Below, one piece after another: positions 35,851 to 48,004 of a stretch of 64,000 bases of DNA (positions are counted from its first letter, which is position 1; each line of letters opens with the position of its first letter). The notes below the pieces were generated by a model, which ran no database searches, was not told the DNA's origin, and was given only the letters and a program-made list of their open reading frames with translations. Source of the stretch: Asterias rubens (lineage: Eukaryota); NCBI RefSeq assembly GCF_902459465.1, contig NC_047069.1:17236001-17300000 (forward strand). The letters are read 5' to 3'. The position numbers and the translations under genes were made by a program.

Positions 35851-36038
35851 ATCCTCCTTACATCATTGTTGAGTATCTATCTCGAGGTAACCTGAAAGAT
35901 CTACTGAAAGACAGTCGCAGTAAAGAAGGGCGTGTCTATGGAAACCTACACGGCGTCAGTAAATCATTCACATCCACTGACCTTATGAAGTTTGCAAGTA
36001 ACGTGGCTGATGGTATGACATTTATATCATCCCAACAA
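35851..36038 (+). CDS. RTK kinase exon, subdomains V-VIa with short insert
   Basis: PPYIIVEYLSRGNLKDLL..DLMKFASNVADGM; phase 1-0. Confidence 0.94.
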
Positions 36039-36454
36039 GTGAGTTATGCAAGTTGTAGTTTATCTTTTAGTAACGTCCCAAACGCACATAAATTATCACT
36101 CGTTTTCGGTACACGCCGATTTTAAACAATAACAACAATGAAGTTTGTGTACTGGTTTGCGGCAACACGGTGTATCTATAGGAAGATTGTTCTTTTGAGA
36201 GTTTGTCTGTTACCGTGGATTAGATTTTCGGAATTCGGGAGACTTCTCAGTTCGAAGAACTGTCCTGTGTTTTAAGTACGCCTACTACTACCAGGGCTGA
36301 AGGTAGAACATAGGCCGGGACTACTACTTTTGCGGTCGATCAAAGGGATTTCTCATTATTAACTTGCACTACCGAATTATTTTAATTAAAGTTGGTCTAT
36401 ACGTTCGGACTTGCTTATATAATGTAAAGCGATACAAATATTCTAAAAAGAACA

Positions 36455-36832
36455 TTAAAGGGACACGTTGCCTTGGATAGGACGAGTTGGTCTATAGAAA
36501 GTGCTTGTAACCGTTTGATATAAAATGCATATATGGTTAGAAAGATGTTTTAAAAGTAGAATACAATGATCTACACAAGTATGCCTCGAAATTGCGTGGT
36601 TTTCCTTTTACCTCGTCGACTAACACGTTCGGCCATTTATGGGAGTCAAAATTTTTGACTCCCATTAATGGCCGACCGTGTTAGTTCGCAAAGTAAAAGG
36701 AAACCCACGCAATTTCGAGGCAAATTTATGTAGATCATTATATTCATTACCTATCTAACCATTTCATAACAAACGGTTATAAACGCTTTTCAACGACCAA
36801 CTCGACCGATCCAAGGCAACGTGTTCCTTTAA
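36455..36832. mobile_element. Kolobok-like MITE family C (AGGGACACGTTGCCTTGG)
   Basis: TIRs flanked by TTAA. Confidence 0.85.
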
Positions 36833-36941
36833 TCTTCCTATACACACATTACCACAAACCAAACCGAACCGTGCAATGCCTCAACTCCCATAATGTGAAT
36901 TTAAAACAAAAGCATTAATTCTGAATTCTATTCACACACAG

Positions 36942-37064
36942 TGCATCCATCGAGACCTGGCTGCCCGTAATATCCTCGTAGCTGAAGACATGACTTGCAA
37001 GGTGTCTGATTTTGGACTCGCTCGAGATGTTATGAACATCAGGGTGTATGAAAGACAGTCAGAT
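36942..37064 (+). CDS. RTK kinase exon, catalytic and activation loops
   Basis: [35 protein letters not shown]; phase 0-0. Confidence 0.96.
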
Positions 37065-37792
37065 GTAAGCATAAACAGATAAAAGGTTACGTGGTAAACT
37101 TTTTTGTAATTATCAAAGACCAATATTCTCATTTTGTTATATCCCAACATACACAACAAACCCGTGTAAAGTTTGGCTCAATTATTGGTCAACAGAAAAA
37201 AACACCTTTGATGCACAAAATGTGTCAGATCTTTCAGATGCCTAAACAGGTTTCAAGCCTGAATTATTTCCTAATTCTTTCTCAAAAACTACGTTACCAC
37301 TTCAGAGGGAGTTGTTTTCTCAGAAGATTTTCACTATCAAAAGCTATCCAGTCGCTCGGCCCCAGCGCCTTGTCATAGATCTGGCCGCTGGGGCCGAGCG
37401 AAATGTTCCCAGTGCCTTTGAACTTTATACTTGGCTACCAGAAAAAAACTTCGGGGGAAATGGTTTGTGTTTCTGCTGCTACATAGTAAGTTTGGACCCT
37501 GAGAAATAATGTATGGACTTAAAACACTATACGGACTTACACACAGTGTTAAAACAAAGTAATGTCCATCAACAAACTGCAACATAGAGCTGCGTGAGAA
37601 ACCTTTGGGCGGGGCAGCGTGTGGCAAATTTTTGGTTGCATCAACAGCGCGTGTTAGTGCAGCTACAAAAATGAACTCTGCCTCGATATGACGGAATTTA
37701 AACACAAGCCTTGGCGTTGTATTGGCTCGGGGAAGACTTTGCTAGAAATTGTTCGGTGCTATTTTCGAAATGTTTGTTTTTGATATCTGCAG

Positions 37793-37904
37793 GGCTGTTT
37801 GCCTCTTCGCTGGATGGCAATGGAATCAATACTTGATGACGTGTACACAACAGAGAGTGACGTATGGTCCTATGGGATTCTTCTTTGGGAAATTGTTACC
37901 CTTG
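37793..37904 (+). CDS. RTK kinase exon, subdomains VIII-IX
   Basis: [28 protein letters not shown]; phase 0-1. Confidence 0.95.
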
Positions 37905-38090
37905 GTAGGTAGTTTCTGTTCGTATAGGCCCTAATTTAATTTAGATAAGGTATAAGATTGTTCTAATGTTTTCCCAAGCTCATTTTAGCTTCTGTTATTC
38001 ATCTGTTGTTGCACATTGTGATATTTATTTTCAAACAAAAACATATTGAATGTCAACTGAGGATTCAGTGGCGATGAATTTTGTTTACAG

Positions 38091-38187
38091 GTGCCCGACC
38101 GTATCCCGCCATGCGTGCCAAGACGATGATCAAAGAGCTTCAGAATGGATATCGTATGCCCAAACCAAGCCACTGTCAAGAAGAATT
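38091..38187 (+). CDS. RTK kinase exon, subdomain X
   Basis: GARPYP..GYRMPKPSHC; phase 1-2. Confidence 0.94.
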
Positions 38188-38749
38188 GTAAGTTATCTGC
38201 TCTAAGAATGGCGACAAATCATAATGATCTTTATGGAAACCAAAACAAGTATCAGGCACATTTAAAGTTAAGAATTGTCACATTTGAAATTAATTTACTT
38301 GTCCCATAACTGTCGCTCTGAGTGCACTGCTTTTCACAACACAGTGCCTAAAAAATCTAGGCAGAAATCTCTATGGAAAGTTTTCTTCGCTTGGAAAAAT
38401 TAAGTGGGACACCAAATACAACAATGTAAACTGAATGTAGTTTTGGCTGGTAGCCTAAATCATTTCTGTTAAGCAATATTTTTCTGTGCTTGGCAAGTTT
38501 CTATTCTAACGGGCTTTGTGAAATTGGACCCAGGTTGTATAAGATGCATAGATTTGAGGCTGAACCATACTTGGAGGTTTACGGTCGTAACTAGACTTCA
38601 TTGACCGAGTGTTATAACAACATGGTTTACCCATAATGTATACAATAGGGACAACAGACACACCAAATAATTTACACCATTAAAAATATAACAATAATAA
38701 AAACAGATGTCAATCATGTTTGTCGGCAATTTTATCTAACCATTTCCAG

Positions 38750-38849
38750 GTACCAAGTTATGCAGAAATGTTGGAAAGAAGATCCAGCGGTTCGACCTGC
38801 ATTTAAGATGATCTCTCAAGAACTGAAAAAACTGGAAAACACAGGAAAG
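38750..38849 (+). CDS. RTK kinase exon, subdomain XI
   Basis: LYQVMQKCWKEDPAVRPAF; phase 2-0. Confidence 0.94.
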
Positions 38850-39013
38850 GTAAAACACAAAAAAATATAAATACATGTACATGTGTGTTTTATAAAGGGG
38901 TTGAGTTACCGAGGAGGAAAAATCAAGTATGAGTTTCTGTAAAACTATATATGCCAGGCACACACCATGACAAAATGAATAATTTATTTATTTTTGTCAT
39001 TTGCCATTTACAG

Positions 39014-39091
39014 GACTGTATCTCTGTCAAAGTCTACGAAGAGGGAGTATATGAGGTCACAATCCCAGACGATAAATATGAAAAATTATAG
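39014..39091 (+). CDS. RTK terminal exon (DCISVKVYEEGVYEVTIPDDKYEKL*)
   Basis: TTTACAG acceptor; TAG at 39089-39091; AATAAA at 39307-39312. Confidence 0.88.
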   Translation, partial: DCISVKVYEEGVYEVTIPDDKYEKL

Positions 39092-41058
39092 TCAGTCTCG
39101 TCAAACTGTTCTGGATCTGGATATTTGATTCACAACTCTCTTAGAGCCAAACGAGAAGAGGGAAGAACATGGACATTTAAGTTTTAGATGTGGGAGAAAA
39201 ACCAACGAGAATTGCTCCAGAGAAAACCCAAGGAGGTACTCGGTTGTGGGACAAAGATTTGCGTCCGGTGTTGGGGGGTTTGTGCTACAACAACGTTTTT
39301 TAATTAAATAAATGAATACTGGAAGTAATATATACATATAATTATGTAAAATGATTCACACAAATATCGCTCGAAATTATCGTTTGGTTTTCCCTTTTCC
39401 TTTGTGAGCTAACTCTCTATATATTATTGGTAAAATTTGTATGAACGATGTAATCTCCTTATTTTGTATTTTATTTTATGAAAAGGAAAAAAGTCGTTTA
39501 GCGAAAACAAGCTTGCGAGTGCAGGTAATATTTGGCATCGTGAGGAAATATGGCGTTATTGTCCTACTATAGGCGGCGTCAAAATGTGAAATGACCTTTG
39601 TAGAGTTGTCTGTGTATTCGGTGAACTTTTCAAGAGTAAACTATTCGTTCTGTATTGTGTATGTATGGTCCTGCTGCCACAGTCTGAAAACCGAATGACT
39701 TGTTTTTGTGCAGGATGCTTTGCAGACCGGTCATATAAAACAAGCGGGGTGAACCTGACCCCGAAACCGGGATGCACTTGCACCCGAATCTGGCTCAATT
39801 TAACACCCAAAAATAGCTGCATATTTCAACCACAAACCCTATAATTTGTAAAGGCCTAAACCAGACAAATTTAAGCCGGCCTCAGGTCGACCTTGCGTCA
39901 ACAAAAAACCGTCGGCGACTGACTCTTCAGGATTACACTGCTCCTGAGCTAACACCATCGGGAACTTTTAAGACAATCTGAAACAGTCGCCGCTCGAAAA
40001 AATTAACAGTCGCAAGAGTAGAACAATTTCAACTTGAACGACGTGATCCCGACAGTCGGGAACCAATCGCAGGCGCATGATTTCTCAGTTGTTGTGACCT
40101 GAGCATTTGTCTGCGCGTTGCCGACGGTTTGTTGCGGGCGCAAGAAAAACGTAGGTCGACCCGTTGAGGCCGACTTCCACTGTGTTTTGTAGTAATTATA
40201 TTAATAATTTAAAAGTTGACAAATATAACACTCAAATGATACAGTTCCGCTTCACCCGATAAAACCTCAGTCGGAATTATCATAGCCTCCTGAAATAGTG
40301 AGCGCCATGGCAACCGGTCTATCAATAATTGGTTGTCTGAACCCTTTCAAATGTACCATTGGATCAAAAATAGTTCCAAAATAATGGAGTTAAAACATCT
40401 ATTCCAAAAGAGTGACTGTGACGAGTGAAAATAAAATTTAAAGCCCGCCAAACAAACTTCACGCGCAGGCATCCACTTTGTTACTCGATTTGCTAATTCA
40501 ATTGCAACACAGCGTGACACAGAAACTCAGGAGTGTGTTTGGGACACCATGCAGAAAGCGCAAAGTATAGATGGCCCCGCGGCCCGCCCGTACATGCTGA
40601 ACAGCCGTTGCTCTAGACCAATAGGAATGAAGAAACTGTCTTATAAGAACAGGTGAAGCTCGCGTGTCACGCCCATGTTTAAACACTTTTTACTGGTCAT
40701 TCAAACAAAGGTTTATACACACCCACGTGACTGGCTCTCCATCAATAGGAATAGCGAAACTGTCTGAGGTATTTATGAATGAATACTACTTTGTACCAGG
40801 TTTGAGTGCGGCTATCGCACTTTTCGCCCAGATAATAATGTTTATAAAGAACACGCTGCTAAATAATTGTAGTGTAAACAAAAAGCTTTATAATTATGCT
40901 GTTTTAAGATATCTCAAATAAAAGACAAAGACTAACTTAAAACCCGGCGGGTCTCAACAAAGCAATACATGTCAATTTATCCTTGCGGTATAAAGACAGG
41001 AAGAAGCCCAGTATACCCCCCCCCCCCCACAGTTGCAAAAGTTTTTGGTTTAAGCGCT

Positions 41059-41174
41059 TGGTGGCGCTATACTACAAATGACAGTCAACAAACAACAAGG
41101 AATTCAGAATGGGATGGACGACTATAGCTGCAGCAGCAAGGAAGTGAAGTTCGACTGTGAATCTTACTTTTTTA
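41059..41174 (+). promoter_or_regulatory. Promoter/non-coding exon 1 of FLYWCH-MULE gene 2, homologous to the LARGE promoter
   Basis: 18-nt TGGTGGCGCTATACTACA shared with 47695-47712; both followed by AAACAACAA and a GTGAGT donor (41175 and 47822). Confidence 0.55.
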
Positions 41175-41346
41175 GTGAGTTTATTTTGTGATTTTTAGTA
41201 GTGCAAAGGGAGACTGAAGTGATAGTGATAGATAGATTTATATTAGTATTTTTTGGTCTGTCCATTGTTGTTTATTTCTGAGAAAAATCGTCTCCACTGC
41301 TGGGGGCACTGTACTTCACAAGTTCTAGAAACTTTGATATAATTAA

Positions 41347-42261
41347 TATAAGGCTCCCCGTGAGCCTTATTATAGGGGTCTAATATTTTGGGCCTCCTTA
41401 ACGCTATACGTTTTTGAAATCGGCGTTGATAGATGAAAGTTTTACGACCGTTAGCCATTAATATAACTGAAGTTTCCTTTTAATTTTTACTACACAACCA
41501 AAACTTATCCAACACACTCGATATACATTCATGTAGCTAGGTCAGGTTGGACTCCTCCTTTGCAGTGGCACTGACCATGGAGGTACTGACTGACGTCCTA
41601 CCAGGGCTAACATTCATGATGCTTGTGTATACTATTTCTTTTTTGTAGAGTTAAATTAAAAAACATCTTCAAAAAATGAAATTTTCTGCTCGGTACTCAC
41701 TGTTGTTTTTTGGAGCATCGCACGTTTTTTGACTTCTCAATATGCTCAATGCTTTATTTTTTGACGATGTTTTTAAACTTCACTCAACAAATAGGAAATG
41801 CAAGCATTATGAATGTATATTGAGTATGTGGGGAAATATAGAAAGGTTTGCGGTAACACCATGTAATAACAATCTCTAAATGAGTTGGGGTGGTTCTGAA
41901 AAGAACCGTTGGATTAACTCTAATCCAACTGAGTTAATCCAACGGTTCTTTTCAGAACCGTTGGATTAACTCTAATCCAACTGAGTTAATCCAACGGTTC
42001 TTTTCAGAACCACCCCAACTCATTTAGAGATTGTTATTACATGGTGTTACCGCAAACCTTTCTATATCTTACTTCCACCATGCAAAGTTTCAAATCCTAC
42101 TTATGTGGGGAAAGTTTTGGTAGTGTAGTACAAAAGAAACTTCAGTTATTGCTGGCTAACGTTCGTAAAACTTTCACCTATCAACGCTGATTTGAAAAGC
42201 ATATAGCGTTAAGGAGGCCCAAAATATTAGACCCCTATAAGGGTCACGGGGGAGCCTTATA
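41347..42261. mobile_element. TIR DNA element (~110-bp TIRs) with a nested palindromic insertion
   Basis: 41347-41458 is the inverted match of 42150-42261. Confidence 0.8.
41837..42101. mobile_element. Penelope-like palindromic insertion with 12-bp target-site duplication
   Basis: TATGTGGGGAAA at 41825-41836 and 42102-42113; arms GGTTTGCGGTAACACCATG shared with 57421-57640 and 61162-61450. Confidence 0.65.
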
Positions 42262-42382
42262 GGTTCTAGAAGTACCCCCCCCCAAAAAAAAAAAAGGCCA
42301 AGCCCAGCTGATTTTCCATTCAGCGTTATTCTTTTCTGAATTGTAATACATGTTCCTTGATCAATGTTTCCTTATTCAACAG

Positions 42383-42623
42383 ATAACTAAACGGATGTTG
42401 AGACATCTGCAAGTTTAGTGACTGGAACACCCTCGGCACGCCCACATGGGATCTGTGAGGTTCAGCACTGCTCAAGACTGCCAGAGAAAGAAAAACCTCC
42501 ATATTTTTTAAAGATTCATAGCCCAGAATACAATGAGGCAATAGACTGGGTCCCCAGGAGTGCTTGGTGTTGCACTCAAAACACTGCCGGTGTCTGAGAA
42601 TGAAATCCTGACAAGTCAGGATG
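42383..42623 (+). other. 5' exon of FLYWCH-MULE gene 2 ending in ATG|GT; degenerate copy of LARGE first coding exon
   Basis: Aligns with 50705-51000 at acceptor, body and donor (AGTCAGGATG|GTAAGTCT vs AGTCAAGATG|GTAAGTCT). Confidence 0.7.
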
Positions 42624-42992
42624 GTAAGTCTGTCAAAGGTTAAAGTTCAATAAGTTGTGCTGACTGTAGACATAACTAGCAGTTTGGTAAACTAGTGGAA
42701 AGCTTGGGTAAACTAAGGGTAAACTAAGCTCTTTGCTTTATATACATAGCACTAGTTGTCAATGAAGTTTTGTCTGTGTGTGCATATTTACAGGTTTGAT
42801 GACTTTCCTATTTAAGTCTGATTTCCATTTTTTTTTCCCATTGAGAAGGCGGAAAAAATAATGTTTAGCCTCAATTGCCTGAAAAGATTGCTATTACAAA
42901 ACACCCCGAAAATAAATGCAAGTAATTGCGTGATTATGTTATAAATTACTTCTTTGCTTTTGTTGTTGTATCTTTTGTAATGAATTAAACAG

Positions 42993-44495
42993 GAGTCCAC
43001 CACCGATGTTGTGATGTTCCAACCTCAAGCCACTGATGGCCAAGTGCTATACGATGGACAGACTGATGAGACAGAACAAGGAGGCGGTTACACCATCATA
43101 CGGAGTTCATCTCAGAGACTTCATCCCAGATTGATTGACAATGCCGGTGGGTACACCTATACCTTGAAGTCAAAGAGCAAAAGGAGTACATTATGGAGGT
43201 GTTCTGTCCGGAACAAGACCACGTACTGCCGGGCTACAGTCACACAGCGTGATAAACACTTCAAGAAAGGGCCATTTGAACACATACATCCAGGCATTCC
43301 AGGACGTTATGTTGTGGAGAAAGTTATCACTCAAGTTAAGATGAAGGCCAAGAAAGAACCTTTGTCGGCAAACAAGATTGTAGATGAAGTACGCAATGCA
43401 AATGTAGGCAACCAGGAACTCCCTCATAGCATGTTGCCTCCTTCTTATATTGACCATGCCGCCACACATATGAGGAAGCGAATTAAAGAAAGAGATTTTA
43501 ACTTTCAAAATGGCTCAGTCCCAGAGAACTTTGTCACGAAAGTTGTCAATCGCGGGAAGAAAAGTCATTTTCTACTGGCGACCAATAACCAGTTACAACT
43601 TCTCTCTCATATGACACATTGGTACATAGATGTAAGCACAAAGATTGTGGAGTCACCCTTCAAGCTGTTGCTGTCTGTCCACGGCTTTGTGAATAAAAAT
43701 CACCAAGCCAAAGTTGTGCCTTTGCTATTTGCTCTTATGTCTGGCAAACGGAGAAAGGACTTTACAATTGTGTTTAATGCGTTAAAAGAGGCAGTTCCCA
43801 ATGGCATTTGTGTGACAGAGTGCATGCTTGAGTATGATACCAACTTGTGGAGGGGCCTTAATGACGCCATCCCAAATCTAGAATGTGTTGGTAGCGCCTA
43901 CCATTGGATCCAGACTATTTGGGGTAACATTAAAGCCTTTGGGCTTCATCTGAGTTACCTAGAAGATCCCAAGGTGTTTAAGCTGATGAGGAAACTCATG
44001 GCCCTACCATTCATCCCAGCTGAACTCGTACCAGAGATGCTCACAAAGCTACAGCAGAAGGCCACCACAGGGTTAGTGCATCAACTCCTGAACTACGTTG
44101 AGGCAACGTGGGTTGAAGGTGATAAGTGCCTGTGGTCACCATCAGCATGGAGTGTGTACATGCAGCCGTATCGAACAAGCAACGACCTTCACAACTGGCA
44201 TGACCGTCTGAGCAAAATAGGCAAGAAAGGACGACTTCCGCTAAACTCCTTGGTGCAAAAGTTGTACGGTGAAGCTAAAACGGTGACCTTACAGGTTATG
44301 ATCATATACGATGGAAAGCTGAGTAGACCTCAGGAGGAATCTAACAAGGCTGTACAGAATAAAGCCTCAAGACATTGGGACGATTATCAGCAAGAGAAGA
44401 AGTCACTAAAACATCTCTTGAACGCCTGTGCTACTGATCTGGTCCAGGTTGAGTCTGCATACCTACCACCTAAGGACTTAAGTGAAATTCTCTGA
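42993..44495 (+). CDS. FLYWCH-MULE-derived gene 2 main exon (~500 aa)
   Basis: AAACAG acceptor, phase 0, giving ESTTDVVMFQP (cf. ESTKNILTFQP in gene 1); intact ORF; same degenerate MULE motifs. Start is either ATG 42621-42623 or ATG 43014. Confidence 0.88.
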   Translation, partial: ESTTDVVMFQPQATDGQVLYDGQTDETEQGGGYTIIRSSSQRLHPRLIDNAGGYTYTLKSKSKRSTLWRCSVRNKTTYCRATVTQRDKHFKKGPFEHIHPGIPGRYVVEKVITQVKMKAKKEPLSANKIVDEVRNANVGNQELPHSMLPPSYIDHAATHMRKRIKERDFNFQNGSVPENFVTKVVNRGKKSHFLLATNNQLQLLSHMTHWYIDVSTKIVESPFKLLLSVHGFVNKNHQAKVVPLLFALMSGKRRKDFTIVFNALKEAVPNGICVTECMLEYDTNLWRGLNDAIPNLECVGSAYHWIQTIWGNIKAFGLHLSYLEDPKVFKLMRKLMALPFIPAELVPEMLTKLQQKATTGLVHQLLNYVEATWVEGDKCLWSPSAWSVYMQPYRTSNDLHNWHDRLSKIGKKGRLPLNSLVQKLYGEAKTVTLQVMIIYDGKLSRPQEESNKAVQNKASRHWDDYQQEKKSLKHLLNACATDLVQVESAYLPPKDLSEIL

Positions 44496-45076
44496 TTGTT
44501 AAGTTTCAACCCCCCCCCCCCCTCGAAAAAAAAATTAAGATGTTTGTTTTGTTTTGTTGTGACAATGAGAATATTTTAAAGCACGTGTCATGGATTTATT
44601 GTATTGTCACGCACCATGAATCACAAAACCTTTACCATGAGACACAGCCTCCAATTGGGCCCGTGTTGGGACCAAGGCTTGAACCTCAGTCCACTCTGAC
44701 CAGCCTCAATTCAAGTCAAAAATATGCAATTTGGCGGAAACCTTGCTATGCCATGTAATTCTCTTCTTGCTACAGCTGAAGGGCAACTGCCTGGAAGTGG
44801 GGATAGTGCAATAAAATCCTCTGGATTATGTGACCTCTGGAATGTTGTGATGTCTCTCTACAAACTGAATTATCCATTTGTTTCAAACTCATGTGCCCTT
44901 ACATGTACTTTTCAGGAAATTGAGTGTGCTTCTTGGCCCCTATTTGTGACTGAATTGTTTCAAACCCTTAGGCCTTTATCAGTAAATTATTTACCTTTCA
45001 AAGTTAGTGGCCTGACATTTTTACCTAAGCAGCTTCCGGGCAGGCTAGAAAGACTCTGCTAATTTGTTGAAACATC

Positions 45077-45317
45077 AGGGCCCAATTTCATGGGTCTGCT
45101 TACTGCCGAATTCTGCGCTTACGATCACGATTCCCCGCTTTATTGCAAGCGCCGAATTTCTGCGCTAGCCTTGTAAGCGTAGAATGCCTAGTAACGCGGA
45201 GAAGCCAAAATTCGCAGGTAACCCGTGAAATAGGCTTGCCGTAAGCACAGAATTCCCTGCTTCCGTAAGCACCGATTTTGTGCTTACGGTAAGCAGAGCC
45301 ACGAAACTGGGCCCAGG
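45077..45317. mobile_element. Harbinger-like MITE (GGGCCCAATTTCAT TIR family); relatives near 38530, 54420-54590, 55065-55260, 59140-59540
   Basis: Inverted ends visible. Confidence 0.7.
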
Positions 45318-47694
45318 TATTTTTTGCATTTATGCCATAACACCATTTTGGTTGGTGAGTAGTTTGCAACAGATAATTATCTTTTCTCAAAATAAGATAT
45401 AAGATACAATATTTTGGCTGCTATGGCATGGAATTTTATGATAAGAGCATGTTTTTTTTGCAAAGGGCTACTTCAAATAGAAAACATCAAAGCTGTGATG
45501 TTGGAGCACTTTGAGAAGCCATTCGGGTGTGAAAATCACATAATGAAAACCGACAATTATTATTTTGTATTATTGTACAAACTTAGGGGCACCAAGGCCA
45601 GGGCACCAAGGCCAGGGCAACAGGCCAGGGCAACATACAATGTAGGCAATGTTATCCAAGGCCAGGGCAACATACAACGTAGGCAATGTTATCCAAGGCC
45701 TGGCCTCGATTTAAAACATGTATAGGAGGATCGGAGAGCTAGTGCATGAGGAAGTAAGATGGGTTTAAAGGAACTGGACAAATTTGGTATTTTTCAAAGA
45801 CCTGTGTTCTCATTGGGTGTCCCAACATATGCATAAAATAACAATCTGTGTGAACATGTTTTCAAAGGGAGCCGTTTCTCAACATGTTTTATACTATCAA
45901 AAGCTCTTCAATGCTCGTTACCAAGTAAGTTTTTATGCTAAAGATTATTTGGAGTAATTACCAATACTAGCCAGTGCCTCTTAAAATGTGCCTTTTTAAA
46001 ATGTGGTCTTTGTATTGTATTCATTACCAAAAGATTTGATTAAATGGCTTTTGAGTTACAGTGGTTAAGTTCACTTTTTATTAATCCTAGCGTCAGTTTG
46101 TCTTATGGTCATCTTCCACTACTTGTTCTCTGCTCTTGATCTTCGAGTGTTCCATTACACTAGTCATGCACTTTGGTTTACAATTTTCTCACTATCATTG
46201 TCTGTGTTGAATATTGGCAGAATACACAATAAAAACAACAGTTCATCAATTAATCTTATGAGGTTCAAAAAGTGAGGACTTTATTTACTGAAAGTTTTAT
46301 TTATATTTATTTATTTTAAATCTTTCTCTAAATTAAACCAACTGATTGGATCCTCCAAAACCAGCACTGTGACACACAGACGTGAAGATATTGGGCAGAT
46401 AATGAAGACATGTTAGTTCTTGGTTGGTTGAAACAATAAGTGGGTGAATCTATGGTGAAAGTTTGCAGGGACTGAAAACCCAATTAGGCCTCTGACTTGT
46501 TTAGTGACAAGCGGAGATAACTAGCCTGTCCTTTCAGCATGAGTCCGGAAAGCTCGTCCATATTTCATAACAAAAGTAGGGTCTACGGCATGTCTGGCCA
46601 GCCGGACCATGGAGAGAAGTTTGATGGGTACTCGTCGTGTGTGTTTTCTCCATTGGCAATTGGACCACTTTTAAGGGAAGAAATTGGGGAAGAGATGAGG
46701 GAAGAAATTGACAATCCACCTGCAAGTAGTAGGTCCACGGAGGCGAATGCAGGTCGACAGAAACCACTAAACCAACCATCCATTCACTTGTCTCTATTAT
46801 CTTTTTTTGGTCATTTTCCAGTGGGCCTAAATACAAAAAAGGAAGGAGTGCTACTGCTAACTATTTTTATACAAAGAAAATTATTCGTTCAATCACCAAA
46901 AGTAGATAGGCAAAGAATACAATGGAAATTAAACATCAAATTCTGTCGTGACATTTCTTGGGTAGAGTTTTTTCACATGCAGTTTGAAGCAAAAAGGACA
47001 AGTGATTTTTAGTGTGTGCTTTATTGAATCCCAAAATAGTACAAAGTTACAGTTCAAAAGAGGAAAATGTTTTGCCGGAGAAAGTTTGGGATAAAAGCAA
47101 TAATTGGGCGATAATAAGCTCTCTCCCCCTTTTTTTTTTTGCCCCCAATTTTTTTTTGTATTGCCCTGACGTCTCACCGTCTGATGGGTCCCCGAAACCC
47201 GGAGATATAGTTATATTGACACAAAGCTTCCTCATTGCCCATCTTGACATTTTGGCCTGTTTTTCCTCATAACTTTATGTATTTTGGGGGAAAAAAGGGT
47301 CCTCAATCATAATTCGCTATAAGATAATATTTCCCACAAGCTTAGCAGATTTCCCTGGTCCTTGCTCTGTGATACTTGCGAGGCTAGAAAAGTCAGCCGA
47401 CGCTTGGCCGACAGCCTAGTGAGATGTAGACTTGACTCAAGTCACAATCCCGTGCCATCCCCGTTAAAATACTGTTTTGTGGTGCTGCATTCCAAAACCT
47501 GTTCCGCATGCTGCTGGAGCACATTTTGACGGCGAGCGCGCACTGTGTATGCTACGTGTTGTTTTATAGTGTTTTTAAGTCGGAGAATGGGACTTGAACA
47601 AGTCTAAGTGAGATGCCACTGCCTGTCTAGTCTCTCGCTCGTCGGCACCACGGCCAGCACTGTTTTAAGCATTAATTTCCCTTTTAAAGTCTCG

Positions 47695-47821
47695 TGGTGG
47701 CGCTATACTACATTCATGGATGGTTAAAAAACAACAAAAAGAGGATGGCCAATTTGCTGTAGTTCAAAACGAGCCTTTGTCACACATGTCACAAGGATTG
47801 ATTTGACCACGAATGATAAAT
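47695..47821 (+). promoter_or_regulatory. Putative LARGE promoter/non-coding exon 1
   Basis: CpG-containing region upstream of the LARGE coding exons; GTGAGT donor at 47822. Confidence 0.5.
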
Positions 47822-48004
47822 GTGAGTTTGTTTATATTCTAATTATATTTTAATGAATATGTTGATTAACTAAGGCATTGTTATTATGTGAATGAATGTG
47901 GTTTGTACGAGTACACTGACTTTTAATTTTATCTGTTGGTTTTTCGTGATCATGATCATGATGATGTTGACTGTTGTTGACTGGCTGTAGTACTAGTAGG
48001 AATA

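Noticed and set aside
45590-45705. CCAAGGCCAGGGCA short repeats and a 103-aa ORF
   Set aside because: Degenerate dispersed repeat also seen near 10290, 10975 and 51150; no coding evidence.
46534-47012. Overlapping ORFs between MULE gene 2 and LARGE
   Set aside because: No recognisable domain, and no splice partner could be identified.
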